DNA from: Octopus sinensis
Lineage: Eukaryota
Assembly: GCF_006345805.1 (NCBI RefSeq)
Contig: NC_042997.1
Location: 156,612,001 to 156,676,000, forward strand
Direction of reading: 5' to 3'
DNA length: 64,000 bases
In this document: positions 50,785 to 63,606 of the stretch, in pieces
Numbering within the stretch: position 1 is the first letter of the stretch
Layout: each line of letters opens with the position of its first letter
Program-made: the position numbers and the translations under genes
Notes under the pieces: generated by a model
The model's input: only the letters and a program-made list of their open reading frames with translations
Databases searched by the model: none
Told to the model about the DNA's origin: nothing

Positions 50785-50999
50785 TGAAGGGGTGCTAAAA
50801 AGTTCCTGGCTTTAAGGGTATTGTGAAAGGCCTGGCTGGAGGCCCAACCTTCCAAGCTCTTTTATGGAGCATAGAAAAACTGAAGGACCACTGCAATAAG
50901 TGTGTGAACCTGAGAGGGGGATATGTTGAATAAAATCATAATTAACTGATCCTCCTGGATTTTCTTTTACCCAAAGCCAGGAACTTTTCAGCACCCCCG
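50785..50999 (-). mobile_element. Mariner-type MITE (family M), complete
   Basis: GGGGTGCTAAAAAGTTCCTGGCT / AGCCAGGAACTTTTCAGCACCCC. Confidence 0.9.
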
Positions 51000-51529
51000 T
51001 GTGTGTGTGTGTCCTTGTTTTGACATTGTGTAATTGTGAATGAATGTCACTCATTTTCAATGTCCTGCAAAAGCATGTCTGGCCATTGGGAAACATTGCC
51101 TTGTTTGGAAACAGGTATATGTAGGCAACAGAAAGGGCATCCAGCCATAGAAAATCTGCCTCAATAAACTCCATCCAACCCACACAAGCATGAAAAAAGG
51201 AACATTAAGATGATATTCATTTGCTAAGTTATGCTCTCATATAAAGTGGCATAACACTGGTTTAACCCAGTAAAACAGACACTTTTTTGTTTTCATTTTT
51301 GTGTCCATTTTTATTATACCAGCTTGGGTTCAATGAGACCTACTGAGGTTGTATTTTGCAGCCAGATGTCCTTCTAGATGTCAGCCCTTGTGTTCAAATA
51401 ATGGTTGGCATCAAGTAGTTTATGCCACATTTTTATGACACTGAACCCTGGGCAGCCAAAATTTCTGTTTATGTAGGACAAAGTCATGTTACCACTGCTC
51501 AAGCCCCAACACAAGGTCCAATCCGTTTT

Positions 51530-51915
51530 ATGGTTTGATGGCTTGTGTGCCTCAGTGACCCTGTGAGGTGTGCCAACAGAGAGTAAGCTGTTGGTAGGGC
51601 CTCCCATGCTGGACAGGTTAAAGGATATAGGCCAGACTAATATGGACCACTTCTTGCTAGAGGTAAAAATGGGTTTGCATTTGGCCTATACTCATACCTT
51701 GAAAAAAGCAGAGTTACAGAAGCATTGATGACAATTCAAACCAACAAAACTTGTAAGAAGAAAGCCTTGCCTAAGGGAAAGGTGGTATATGGAGGTAGAG
51801 CAGAAAAAGCAATGATACAATTGGAGGGAAGTATAAAAGACAGCCCAGAGTCAAGAACAGGGGAGAAAAGTTGTTGATGGCCTATGTTCCATAAGGAGTG
51901 GAGGGCTTAAGTAAG
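51530..51915 (+). mobile_element. Possible internally deleted RTE element
   Basis: 3' end KVVDGLCSIRSGGLK* with a TAAGTAAGTA tail; 5' part resembles an RTE 5' UTR. Confidence 0.4.
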
Positions 51916-52292
51916 TACTGCCCAAGCAATATCAATGTGAAGAGGTGAAGAAATTCGTATACATATATGTGTGTGGACTATCATGGAAAAATGAAATTAA
52001 AATGAACAAACAATTATATATGATGCACTTCGGTAAAGTTTGCTATTTACTAAATTTTTACTCTCATGTCAACCGGAACTGAGAATAACACACTTTACCA
52101 AGATGACTTGAGTAGGATTGAACCTGAAATCATGTGGTTGCATAGCAAAAGTACTTTAAAGAATTGCCACTAGTTTTATTGATTATCACCTTAAGTGTCT
52201 GAAGACTTTCCTCAGAAGCACCAGATTATCTTCTTTAACATGCAATATCTCTGCAAATATTCCAATAATTTTTTTTGTAATTTAATCTTTTA

Positions 52293-52690
52293 TTCTTTTA
52301 CTTGTTTCAGTCATTTGACTGTGGCCATGCTGAAGCACTGCCTTTAGTTGAACAAATAAACCCTAGGACTTATTTTTTGTAAGCCGGTACTTATTCTATC
52401 GGTGTCGTTTGCTAAACCACTAAGTTATGGGGACGTAAACGCACCAACATCAGTTGTCAAGTGATGGTGGTGGTGGTGGTGGGGCAATTACAGACACATG
52501 CACACACACACACACACACACACATACATATATATGATGGACTTCTTTCAGTTTCTGTCTACCAAATCCACTCAAGGCTTTGGTCAGTCTGAAGCTATAG
52601 TAGAACACACTTGCCCAAGGTGCCATGCAGTGGGACTGAACCCAGAATGTCATTGGGAAGCAAGCTTCTTAACACACAGTCACACCTGCA
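52293..52690 (-). mobile_element. SINE family A
   Basis: Full head, core and tail on the reverse strand. Confidence 0.9.
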
Positions 52691-53603
52691 CCTAAATCTT
52701 TTATTTCTTTTTTTTTTGTCTAGGATTAATGTATCCATTTCTGGAAAAATCTCTACTTCTGCATGAGCCTTGATGAGAAATAACCAATTTAATCAATAAT
52801 GATTTGTAACATTGGCACAAATCTTAAAATTTATTGGAAGACAAGTATGGTTGATTAGACTGACCCAACCTCTCCTCCAATATTTGAATAATCATACATA
52901 TTTTATAGACTTTTAATTAACAATCAAGCAAAATTGAATGTCTTTACTTCTGTTAAACCTTGACTTGTTAGATTTAATAGAAGAAAGTCAGCTAAAGCTT
53001 GGAGATTAACTGTAGCTCTGAAGATTATTTCAAGTAAGCTATTAAACTAATGTGATAATTAGTAAACTGGTAAGTTTCTGAAATAGACACATAATAGGAT
53101 GTTAGTCTTGTTGATTAAATTACATAATAGATTAGGTGCAGTAAATTTAGTATGAATGATAGTAAGTCCTTCAACTGGTTGTTGTTTTTTAACCTCAAGT
53201 CATCCCTGATCTAGAATAATTAAAAACATTCCATGCATGACTCTTTCATTCTAGGATTGTAATGTATAGTATGTCTTGTCATTTTTAAAACAATAGGATG
53301 TTGTTTGAAAGATAGAGAAAGAGAGAGGGAAAGAGCTGATTGTTAATTCTAGCTGGTCAAGTGACATTGTAGAGGTTCCCTTGATGGCTCCTTTATATTG
53401 TTGCGTAAACTCAGGTCATTCATCAAGCAAACTCATGGCACATTAGTAGTCAGCTGTATGAGGATGCACGAACCTAACAATCAACTTCCTGGTCATATTG
53501 TATGTGAATGATGAATTATTATGCATTATCATATGAGATGCAGTACAGCCTGGAGGTTTTACTCCCTTTCTCTACTGTCCAATTTATTTCTGTATACTTC
53601 CAG

Positions 53604-53627
53604 ATTCTGGTGATGGCCACAATGGAA
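53604..53627 (+). CDS. Candidate 24-nt microexon
   Basis: TTTCTGTATACTTCCAG acceptor and GAA|GTGAGT donor; ILVMATME or DSGDGHNG. Confidence 0.3.
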
Positions 53628-53684
53628 GTGAGTAAAATGAATTTGGTCAGAGTGCAACAGTTACTATTGTTATATTTTGGCATA

Positions 53685-54072
53685 TACTCTTTTACTTGTT
53701 TCAGTCATTTGTCTGTGGCCATGCTGGAGCACTGCCTTTAGTCAAGCAAATCGATACCAGGACTTATTCTTTGTAAGCCTATCGATCTCTTTTGCTGAAC
53801 CGCTAAGTTATGGGGACGTAAACACACCAGCATTGGTTGTCAAGCGATGTTGGGGAGACAAACACAGATACACAAATATATACACACACACATACACACA
53901 CATATATATACATATATACGACAGGCTGCTTTCAGTTTCAGTCTACCAAATCCACTCACAAGGCTTTGGTTGGCCCGAGGTTATAGTAGAAGACACTTGC
54001 CCAAGGTGCCACACAGTGGGACTGAACTCAGAACCATGTGGTTCGTAAGCAAGCTACTTACCACACAGCCAG
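53685..54072 (-). mobile_element. SINE family A (young)
   Basis: High identity to 10368-10771. Confidence 0.9.
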
Positions 54073-54184
54073 TCCTATGCCTGGTTATTTTTCTTTGCCA
54101 AATAAACATGTGCACTGTATATTCATTCTTCACTTGTTTATTACTGTTCTTATCTGAAATTATTGTTGATGGTTTGTATCTTAG

Positions 54185-54246
54185 CACTGTGTTGGGACAA
54201 GTGAAGCTATTGATACTGCTACTACTTCACAAACATTCTTATACTG
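54185..54246 (+). CDS. Candidate 62-nt exon (HCVGTSEAIDTATTSQTFLY)
   Basis: GTTTGTATCTTAG acceptor and CTG|GTAAGA donor. Confidence 0.3.
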
Positions 54247-54296
54247 GTAAGAACAAAATCCACAAGGATCTAAACCATCACTGAAAAACATCAACT

Positions 54297-54440
54297 ATAG
54301 AGTTTGAATGATGCAGATACTGATGGAGATGGTAAAATATTATTCGAAGAATTCTATCCATAGAGTTTGAATGATACAAATACTGATGGAGATGGTAAAA
54401 TATCATTCAAAGAATTCTGTAGTTGCTGGGGGTCATATAA
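54297..54440 (+). pseudogene. Tandemly duplicated (63-bp period) EF-hand coding fragment
   Basis: SLNDADTDGDGKILFEEF*SLNDTNTDGDGKISFKEFCS: two canonical DxDGDGxI..xE loops. Confidence 0.7.
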
Positions 54441-54603
54441 AAAGGGTGCCAGACACAAGAATGGCCAAATAGATCTTTTGCTCTGAACTTATAAAGGTGC
54501 CAAAAATATGCTATTATGACTGCATCAAGAATATAATATTGTTATTCAATGTCCAGTGTAACACTGAAGAAAAGATAACTGAAGATTATAAGAGGGTTAT
54601 CAA

Positions 54604-54826
54604 CCCTTTTGATACCAACTTGCCTGAAACCATATTTGGCTCCATAATACAAATTTACCATTTTAAAGCGATCTAAATTAAAACCTTCCATCAAAATTTC
54701 ATGTTAATTCCATGTTCTAAACACCAGTTTAATAATGGTAATGTTATTTTCCTAAATTATTCACCATTTTCAAAATTAATTGTAATAGAGGTAATGTATT
54801 TCATCAGAAATATGGTAACAAGAGGG
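54604..54826. mobile_element. piggyBac-type MITE
   Basis: TIRs CCCTTTTGATACCA / TGGTAACAAGAGGG (12/14); TCAA / TTAA flanks. Confidence 0.8.
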
Positions 54827-54847
54827 TTAAAGACCATAAGAACTGGA

Positions 54848-55203
54848 GATAAGCATACAATGAAGGAACTGAGACCCCCTTCGGTCATGATTGACTGTGG
54901 GATTGCACCTAGAAAGTTACCCTCCCAGGCACCAGTCCGGGCAAAGTTGTTTATGGAAGACCAGCAGTCGCCCATGCATACCGGCCTCCCCTCTCCACAC
55001 CACCAGTGTTATCCAAGGGAAAGACAACGGCCAATACAGCTTGGCACCTGTGATATTGCAACTCATTTCTGCAGCTGAGTGAACTGGAGCAACGTGAAAT
55101 AAAGTGTTTTGCTCAAGAACACAACATGCAGCCCAGTCTGGGATTCAAACTCACAACCTCATGATTGTAAGCTTGACGCTCTAACTCTGAGCCATGTGCC
55201 TTC
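54848..55203 (-). mobile_element. SINE family B (different tail from 6645)
   Basis: CAGCTGAGTGAACTGGAGCAACGTGAAATAAAGTG core, GGGATTCAAACTC B box on the reverse strand. Confidence 0.85.
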
Positions 55204-55242
55204 ACAGTGAAGGAACCATTACTGCAAATTGTATTTCATATT

Positions 55243-55455
55243 CTTTTCTACTCTAGGCACAAGGCCTGAAATTTTTGGGGAGGAGGGGCAGTCAGTTAGA
55301 TCGACCCAGTATGTAACTGGTACTTAATTTATCAACTCTGAAAGGACAAAAGGCAAAGTCGACCTCGGCAGAATTTGAACTCAGAATGTAGCGGCAGATG
55401 AAATACCACTAAGCATTTTGCCTGGCATGCTAACATTTCTGCTAGCTCACTGCCT
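55243..55455 (-). mobile_element. SINE family D
   Basis: Reverse complement closely matches 12228-12437. Confidence 0.88.
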
Positions 55456-56384
55456 TACATTGTATTTTATATTAAGAAGCTGAAGAAAGAAGGAAATGGA
55501 AGAAAGGAAAGAACTCAACTACATTTCCTGGCACAAAGACCAGCTCTGAAACTTCACTGTTGATTTGGTAACCTATAAGTCATTTCAGAGGGTAGAGAAT
55601 AGATTCTTGTAACATGGGAATATCCATGCTGCTGGTGGTGGCGGGGGGGGGGCTTAAAAATATCCTCAGCAATGAAGAAATACTGAAAGAGTGGGAGGGA
55701 GGGAAGGGCTGAAAAAGCAGAGAGATTTATAGGCTTTAATTGTGACTGTTTTACAGTTTTCATCTTACAGTAGACATTGTGTTCTTAGTTTATTTTCCCT
55801 TGTCTTTCTCATTGTTCTCAATTCTCATGAGAGTTTGCTGTGTTTCTTACAGAAGTCTGAATAAAAACTAATTCTTGTGCTTATTCTTAAGCCAGTATTT
55901 AATAATTTTATGGCACTTTTATATTAACCTTGCTTTTTTTTTTACAACTATCAATTTATAGGAATAGCATTTCTTTTCATATGTCATGCTTTTTTTAGAT
56001 CGGCCTTCAATGGGCAAGCATTGTCATGACCCTCCGTCTTGTTTGTCAAGGCCAGTGACGTATGATGGTTGTTGTATTGGGTGAGCTTCCACACCCAATG
56101 CCACCAAATTTCAAGCAGGGGTATAACAAAAGTTTTCCATTAAGATTTGTGATTAAATTAATGAGTAAGGTTAATATTTATAATGAATTTACCATTTTCG
56201 TTGGGTGTGCAGCACACACTGAGCATACCCGGAATATATGCCCCTGGTCAAGACTGAATTATCCTATATATCCTTCCAATTCTAGCTTGTCAAGCCACCA
56301 CATAGGTCTTACTATTATTTGCTGAATAGCGGGTGTTTAGGATGGATCAGAAAGTTGGTGAAAGTGGGGTGAGATTTGTGCAAT

Positions 56385-56612
56385 TGAGTAGAGAGGTGGA
56401 GAACTGGCAGAATCATTAGCATGCTAGGCAGGCAGAATGCTTAACAGCATTTGAATCATCTTTACATTCTGATCTCAAATCTCTCATGGCTGACTTGCCC
56501 TTTCATTCTTTTGGGGTTGATAAAATAAGTGCTAGTTGAGCACTGGAGTCGATGTAATCAACTTACCCCAGTCCCTGAAACTGCTGGCCTTGTGCCAAAA
56601 TTTGAAACCATT
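56385..56612 (+). mobile_element. SINE family D (degenerate)
   Basis: GGCAGAATCATTAGC...CCCTTTCATTCTTTTGGGGTTGATAAAATAAGT. Confidence 0.75.
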
Positions 56613-56934
56613 TGATGCAAAGACTAAAATACTTGGATGTTGTGGAATTGGGAATGTAAAGCGGGAGAGGGCAACCCATAAAATAAGGTATTTTGCAATG
56701 AAGGTAATGCTCAAGAAGAGAAGAATGTCTAAGTGTTGTGTGAAATTCTTGACAAGGTGAAAGTTTTAGAAAGAAAGAACTGATAGCATTAGTTTCTAAA
56801 ATCAGAATAAATATCAGAAAAACATTGCATCAGAAGATCATTGCTTCTCAGTCTGGTCTGTTTTGCTTACCATTTTTGCCAGTGTATAAAATGCACTCTT
56901 GCGTACAAGACATCTCTATTTAACAAGCATATAT

Positions 56935-57165
56935 TGTGGGAAGGCTGTGTGATAAGAAGCTTGCATTTCAACCACATGGTTCCTGGCTCAGTCCCACTGC
57001 ATGGCCCTTGGGCAAGTGTCTCCTACTATAGCCTCGGGTTGACTAAAGCCTTGTGGGTGGATTTGGTAGACGGGCTGAAACCAGCCCATCATATATATGT
57101 GTGCATGTGTATCTCTGTGCTTGTGTTAGTCCCACACCACCATTTGACAGTTGGTGTTGGCATCG
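56935..57165 (+). mobile_element. SINE family A
   Basis: GGCTGTGTGATAAGAAGC...CCTTGGGCAAGTGTCTCCTACTATAGCC. Confidence 0.85.
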
Positions 57166-57894
57166 AATAATATTTTGAAGTGGTTTTGTTGGGAAAATGT
57201 ATGATTCTATACCTGTAAACACAATGTTGTGACAGAAACCATAAACTTGTCATGAATAAACTACATTATGGGAATAATGGATTTCATTTTTTATCTTCTT
57301 TCAGATCAACTGTTATAGTTTAAATTTTGGTTAACAGAATTGCCCTACTAGATGTAAAACTAGTATTTCTGGTTGTGATGTTTTATGGAACTTCAGTCGC
57401 CCACCAGGGTGGAGTACCTATATAGTTTTGTTGTCAGCTATTCCTTGCCAAATAGCTGACAGGTGGATGAAAATTTGTTAACATTCCTATCATCTTTCAT
57501 GGAGATTTGTAGTTAGACAATAAACAAATGTTTTATTAACTTACACAGTCATTGTCAGACATATATTAGGTATGGGTCATATATGCTGGTGAAGGCAGTA
57601 TAATGAGATGATGTGACCTCCTCACATATCTGCCAACTTAGTATATAGTGTAAGTAATTTTTTGTTTTATGCTTACATACTGTGATATTTTAGCTTGTGT
57701 TCAACATATTATTAGTAACAATTAGTGTATGTAGCAGACTTATGTTCATCTGGCTCCCCAGTCAATGGCATTTGGTCTCTAATCTGTAATATGGCCATGG
57801 TAGACATAGGGCAATTCTTTTCATGCATTTAAAAATAGGAAAAGTGTGTCACATATACTGGAAAATATGGCAAGTAAACTTTTAATTCCCAAAT

Positions 57895-58160
57895 AGATCT
57901 CATGCTCTGGTGGGTATCATCAGTGATGTTTCTGAGGCCTTGGTTGGTTTCAGGTCTTTCCACACAGACCTCCTCACCCACTCGATCTAGCTGAGGTTGA
58001 TCAAATTGGAACCTGCATCCCAGTAGCAGCAAACTGCTGATATACCTTCTTTATCCAAAGCCACTTAATGGCTTTCTCTTCAGCTTCGGTGATAGAATGT
58101 ATGGCTCTCCTCTTTGCTGTACCAGTAACTCCAAACATGGGCTTCCAGTATTTGGATCTA
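57895..58160 (-). mobile_element. 3' end of a HERO/NeSL-like (restriction-like endonuclease) non-LTR retrotransposon
   Basis: FGVTGTAKRRAIHSITEAEEKAIKWLWIKK...AATGMQV*, then a 3' UTR TGATCAACC...GAAAGACCTGAAAC...CATCACTGATGAT; recognised from memory of this clade. Confidence 0.7.
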
Positions 58161-59419
58161 GTGAGGCTATTGATACTGTAGCTGTATTGGCTTGTATGTT
58201 TTTCTTTATGTTTGTATGGACTATATGAGAAAAGAATAGTATTCTTAGGATAATATTGTTATAGTTATTGTCTAACTCCAAGTCAAGCCTGATCAAGCAG
58301 ACCAATGATCAAAGACTTTCCAGTCATGACAGTTCCATCATTTAAGAGTATATCTATGACTACATTGACCAATGCATCCATTCTTTTATTTAAGGTGGTA
58401 GATGGTAGTGATATTTGAGTGTGATTTTGCTGCTAATTCTAGCTAGACAAATGATTGTAGAAATTCCTCATTGGATTGTAGTGTTTTTTTAGTATTAAAC
58501 AGACAAGACACATCTCCCCTTGGAGAAAACAACTTCTCAAAAGTTTCTGTAACTATTTCTGACAGGCAGAGACATGAGAAGCAGATTTAAACTTGCAAAT
58601 CAGCAGTTTTCAGTCCAGTATCATATGTGACTGGCTGTTGTTGACTGATTGATTTGTTAATCTAGTATACATGAATAATTAGGTTAATATGGTTACTAAT
58701 CACACTATAGACATTGCCAATAATAACAATGAAAATACCAACTCTAACGATGATGATAATAATGATAATGATAACTTACTTGTAGTATTGACTCACTTCT
58801 ATTTTGTATTGTGTTTTTTTTATTGCGTAGTTTCTGTTTCTAGTCGTTACTCAGAAACAAATACACATACGAATGCATATGCATATGAATATATGCATAC
58901 TACTAGAGGCATAGACATGCATATATATATATATATACATTACATGCACATAAGTGCACTTGCACAGGCATGCTCCCATGAATACATACATAAGCACATG
59001 CATATACATGCACAGGCATGTACATACTGGCATACACATTTTTGTCCATCAAATCCAAACCTGACAGTCTTCTTCATTGTGACTACATTTTGGTTATTGA
59101 TGTACAGACAGGATACGTAAATGTTTAAGAGAAGGTGCAGCTGTAACTGTGTATGTGTGTTAAGGTTAGGGGTACAGGCATGGCTGTGTGGTTAAGAACT
59201 TTGCTTACCAACCACATTGCTTTAGGCTCAATCCCACACTGTGGCAGTTTGGGCAAGTGTTTGGTATATCCTCAGGCTGGAACAATGACAGGCAATGTTG
59301 ATCTTGGCAGGATTTGATCTCAGAACATAAAGGATTATAACTAAACACTGAAAGGGATTTTGTTAGATGCTCTGTTGAATCTGTCACTGCCTACCATTTA
59401 TCTCACAGCAACAACAATA

Positions 59420-59617
59420 ACAATCCTTTCTGCTATAGGCACGATGCCTGATATTCTGGATAAAGAAGCTAATGAGTTACATTGACCCCACTGCTCAACT
59501 GGTACTTATTTTATTGACCCTGACAGGAAGAAAGACAAAGTCAAGCCTAGCATAATTTGAACTCAGAATATAAAGACAGACAGAGTGCCATTAAGCATTT
59601 TGCTTGGCATGCTACCA
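59420..59617 (-). mobile_element. SINE family D
   Basis: CAACTGGTACTTATTTTATTGACCC...ATTTGAACTCAGAA. Confidence 0.75.
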
Positions 59618-60383
59618 TAATAATAATAATAATATGACATTTATTCCTTTGGATATTGGTGCATTTAGCACAACACCCAAACCACTACCTGTAAGGCTGA
59701 AAGCTATTAGAATTGAGACTCATATTGTTGATCTGCGTTAAAGTGTAATCCTGTATTCTGTAAGAATCTTAAAGATTTTTGAAATTTGAGGAGACATGTT
59801 TTTACCAAACCTCATGACAGCATCTTCCTAACTAAAATAGCTTGTAATTTCTTATGACTAACTCTGCCATGCCAAACTATAAAAATGATAGTAAAAATAG
59901 TAAAAATTCATAGGATGGGGAAAATGATGTTGTGATGTTCATGTTTCTCAACGAAGTAATTAAAGATTTTCAGCTAGATATTCATAAAATTTAAGCCGGG
60001 GTGATTTGTTAACTTGAAAGAGAATTACTTCTGTAATACTGATTATGATGATTATGGAGAAATAAGCAGTTTCAAGGCCAAGTTAAAGAACAGTAGACAA
60101 TATACTGTCTGACATTGACAACTCCGAGAAAAAGTAGCTGAGATATATATATTTTTCTTTATTCTTTTAATGGATTTAGTCATTGGGTTGTAGCCATACA
60201 GGTTTAAGCCAGTCATATTGACTCCAATACCACTTTTAGCTTGGTACCTATTTTACTGGTCTTTATTCCATTTATCAAATTAAGTTAAACTTTGGCTTCC
60301 ATTGACAATGCTACTTAATTCAGGTAAACATAGACATAGACATATGGATATAAATGCATGTTCCCCCTCCCCTATTCCTCGTG

Positions 60384-60590
60384 TGTGTGTATGTATGTAT
60401 ATATGTATATATGTATATGTATATATGTATATGTATATATGTATATGTATATATGTATATGTATATGTATATATGTATATGTATATATATATGTATATAT
60501 ATATATGTATATAAATATATGTATATGTATATATGTATATATATATATGTATATAAATATATGTATATGTATATAAATATATATATATAT
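60384..60590. repeat. Compound (TA)/(TATATG) microsatellite
   Basis: Direct reading; source of the YIYI ORFs. Confidence 0.95.
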
Positions 60591-61554
60591 TTATCTCCAC
60601 TACACACATTTTTTTCTCTCCTTGTTTTTTCTGTGTCCCTTTCTGTAGAAGAGCGTAGGCTCGAAGCGTAAAAGACTTTTTCTATTCCTGTGCGTTATAC
60701 TAATACATCTGTTTGTTTTGTACACCACCTGTCTTTGTCTTTTGTTTTTTTCGTAAACTCTCCCTATATATATATATATATATATCTCGGAATGGTCATT
60801 TTTTTTTTTTTTTTTTTTTGCTTTTGCCAACATGAACCGTATATTCATTCTTCACTTTGGATTTATCCTTGTTCATATTTTAGTGTCCTTTGTTTGGAAA
60901 TCTTTTGTCACTCATCCTGTGACCTCTTCAATGACTCCCTAGCCCATGTTTCTCCTCCTGTTCTATTTAGTCCCTTTCTGACTTTCTATGGTGTGTGCAT
61001 GCATATGTCTGTGTTTTGTGTGTGTTTGTGTATATGGATTTGCTTACTACTGTTTGTACCCATGTCATTTTTTTTCTTTCTTTATACACGTACAACAAAA
61101 AGGCTGAGGACTATAGTCATCAATACTGAAAGTGGAATAGATCAAGATAACACATACCACACCTTTTACCTAAGAAAGACAATGTATGTGATAGTTATGA
61201 TAGTCATAAATGGAAATCTTAATTAGAATATGGATATAATTAATCATATTTAGTTGACATTTCTTACTGGTAATGTCTTTTTGATATTTAGATGGAACAA
61301 AAAACTATTTTTATTGTTCAAAACATAACTAGAGTTAAAGATTGAAGATTAAGCTGTATGCCCTTCATCTCATCAACAGCTTTACAAATGTGGACTGCAA
61401 CAGGTAGTGAGACATTATGAGACCCTTCTGGTATATGCCAACCTGGAAAAATGGGTGTAAAAGAAATAATGGTGATTAGAGTTTAACTAAATATTTTTTG
61501 AGGATTACTTATGTACTTGGTTAAAAGTAACTTAGTTTGATATCTTTTGCCTTT

Positions 61555-62202
<648 letters not shown>

Positions 62203-62785
62203 GAGAAATTTCTGTTTTTAAATGTCAAAATAATTTAAGTTTCTAGTTTCTTTTTCTTCCTCGATATGTTAAAAAATATACTTTTGATGACTTTTATTCA
62301 GCTTTAAGGAGATTACATAATTAATTGTTAAATTTTTGTTAATTAACAAAGGATATAACAAATAAATATATCAATAAGTGGTTTATTCAAGGCTGTAACT
62401 TGTAGTGTCATTTCCTGAAGGCTAAGCTTGTTTTAAGTTGCTATTATCATGATGAATGATTGCTTGAACTTTTAATCTTTGAAAAAATCTTTTTTGCAGT
62501 TTTTCTGTTAAAAGCCTGTTCAGCTTGAATATCAAAATGTTTTCTTGATAATTAGAGTAAACCTTTGCAGTCTCACATGAAAAAGGCATTACTTCTTTTA
62601 ATATCTTCTATTATGTATATATGTATATATATATACATTATTAGTTGCTCAAAGTCGGAAAGAAGCAGCGTACACTAAAAGAAAAACTGAGTGGTTATAC
62701 TGTCATATTGTTGAGTAATATGTTTCTGGGTAAGCCCAGTTATATGGCATGACCAAGAATATACTACTCAACAATGTGTGTGTGT

Positions 62786-62870
62786 AGTTCTATATTTAAG
62801 AGTTGAGGAATTATTTACATTAGACCGATATTTGTCCACATCTTGTTTGTTGTTAACACCAGCTGAAATA
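62786..62870 (-). mobile_element. Family P1 tail fragment with the ribozyme core deleted
   Basis: Reverse complement TTTCAGC-TG-GTGTTAACAACAAACAAG... aligns to 29446-29520 but lacks the AAACGT segment. Confidence 0.75.
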
Positions 62871-63252
62871 CATACACTACAAGAAAAACTGGTTGTATTG
62901 TTTGTTGTTTTGCATATCAGAGGATGAAATTCATGAGAAGACACTGTGAGACAGGTCTAGTCTATATTATTCCATGGAAAAATTAACATTAAAAAAATAT
63001 GAGGAAATGATGCTAATTTTCACATGCACTTGTTTACAATATTGTACATTTACTTAGTGGTTCTCTCAACTTTACTTTGGCAAACAGAGTTAAATCTCTG
63101 ATTTGATGAGGTGTTTTATTAAGATTTCTTCAGTTGAAGTGTAATTTTTCTTTGGAGTTGACTCCATATTTGCTGGAATGATAAAAATATTTTCCATTAA
63201 CTAATATTTAGTATATGTACATACAGATGTACACACATACATACATATATAT

Positions 63253-63473
63253 TTCTTTACTACCCACAAGGGGCTAAACATAGAGGGGACAAACAAGGAC
63301 AGACAAAGGGATTGAGTTGATTACATCAACCCAGTGCGTAACTGGTACTTTATTTATCGACCCCGAGAGGATGAAAGGCAAAGTCGACCTCGGCAGAATT
63401 TTTGAACTCAGAACGTAACAACAGACGAAATACGGCTACGCATTTCGCCCGGCGCGCTAACGTTTCTGCCAGC
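63253..63473 (-). mobile_element. SINE family D (tail type 2), young
   Basis: CpG-rich; GACCCCGAGAGGATGAAAGGCAAAGTCGACC. Confidence 0.9.
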
Positions 63474-63606
63474 TACACACATATATACATACATACACAT
63501 GCAAACACACACATACATACATGCATGTATGGGCACACACACTGACTCACTCACATGCGCACAAACAAACAAAAGGGGATGCAGTGTAAATAACGGACAG
63601 AGTTTT

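Noticed and set aside
16447-54246. Loose resemblance of several exon candidates to an F-box (FBXO15-like) protein
   Set aside because: No F-box core was found and the matches are only 2-3 residues; no gene symbol is justified.
55990-56315. Possible Helentron-type non-autonomous element
   Set aside because: Termini and sub-TIRs could not be defined convincingly, and it is a single copy in the window.
54199-58180. Shared AGTGA(A/G)GCTATTGATACTG (SEAIDT) at about 54200 and 58160 as repeated exons
   Set aside because: A short match is plausible by chance in AT-rich DNA, and the second site abuts the HERO relic on the opposite strand.
60280-61226. Long YI/CV-rich ORFs (also 37692-38272 and 58689-59120)
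   Set aside because: Translations of microsatellites and low-complexity DNA.
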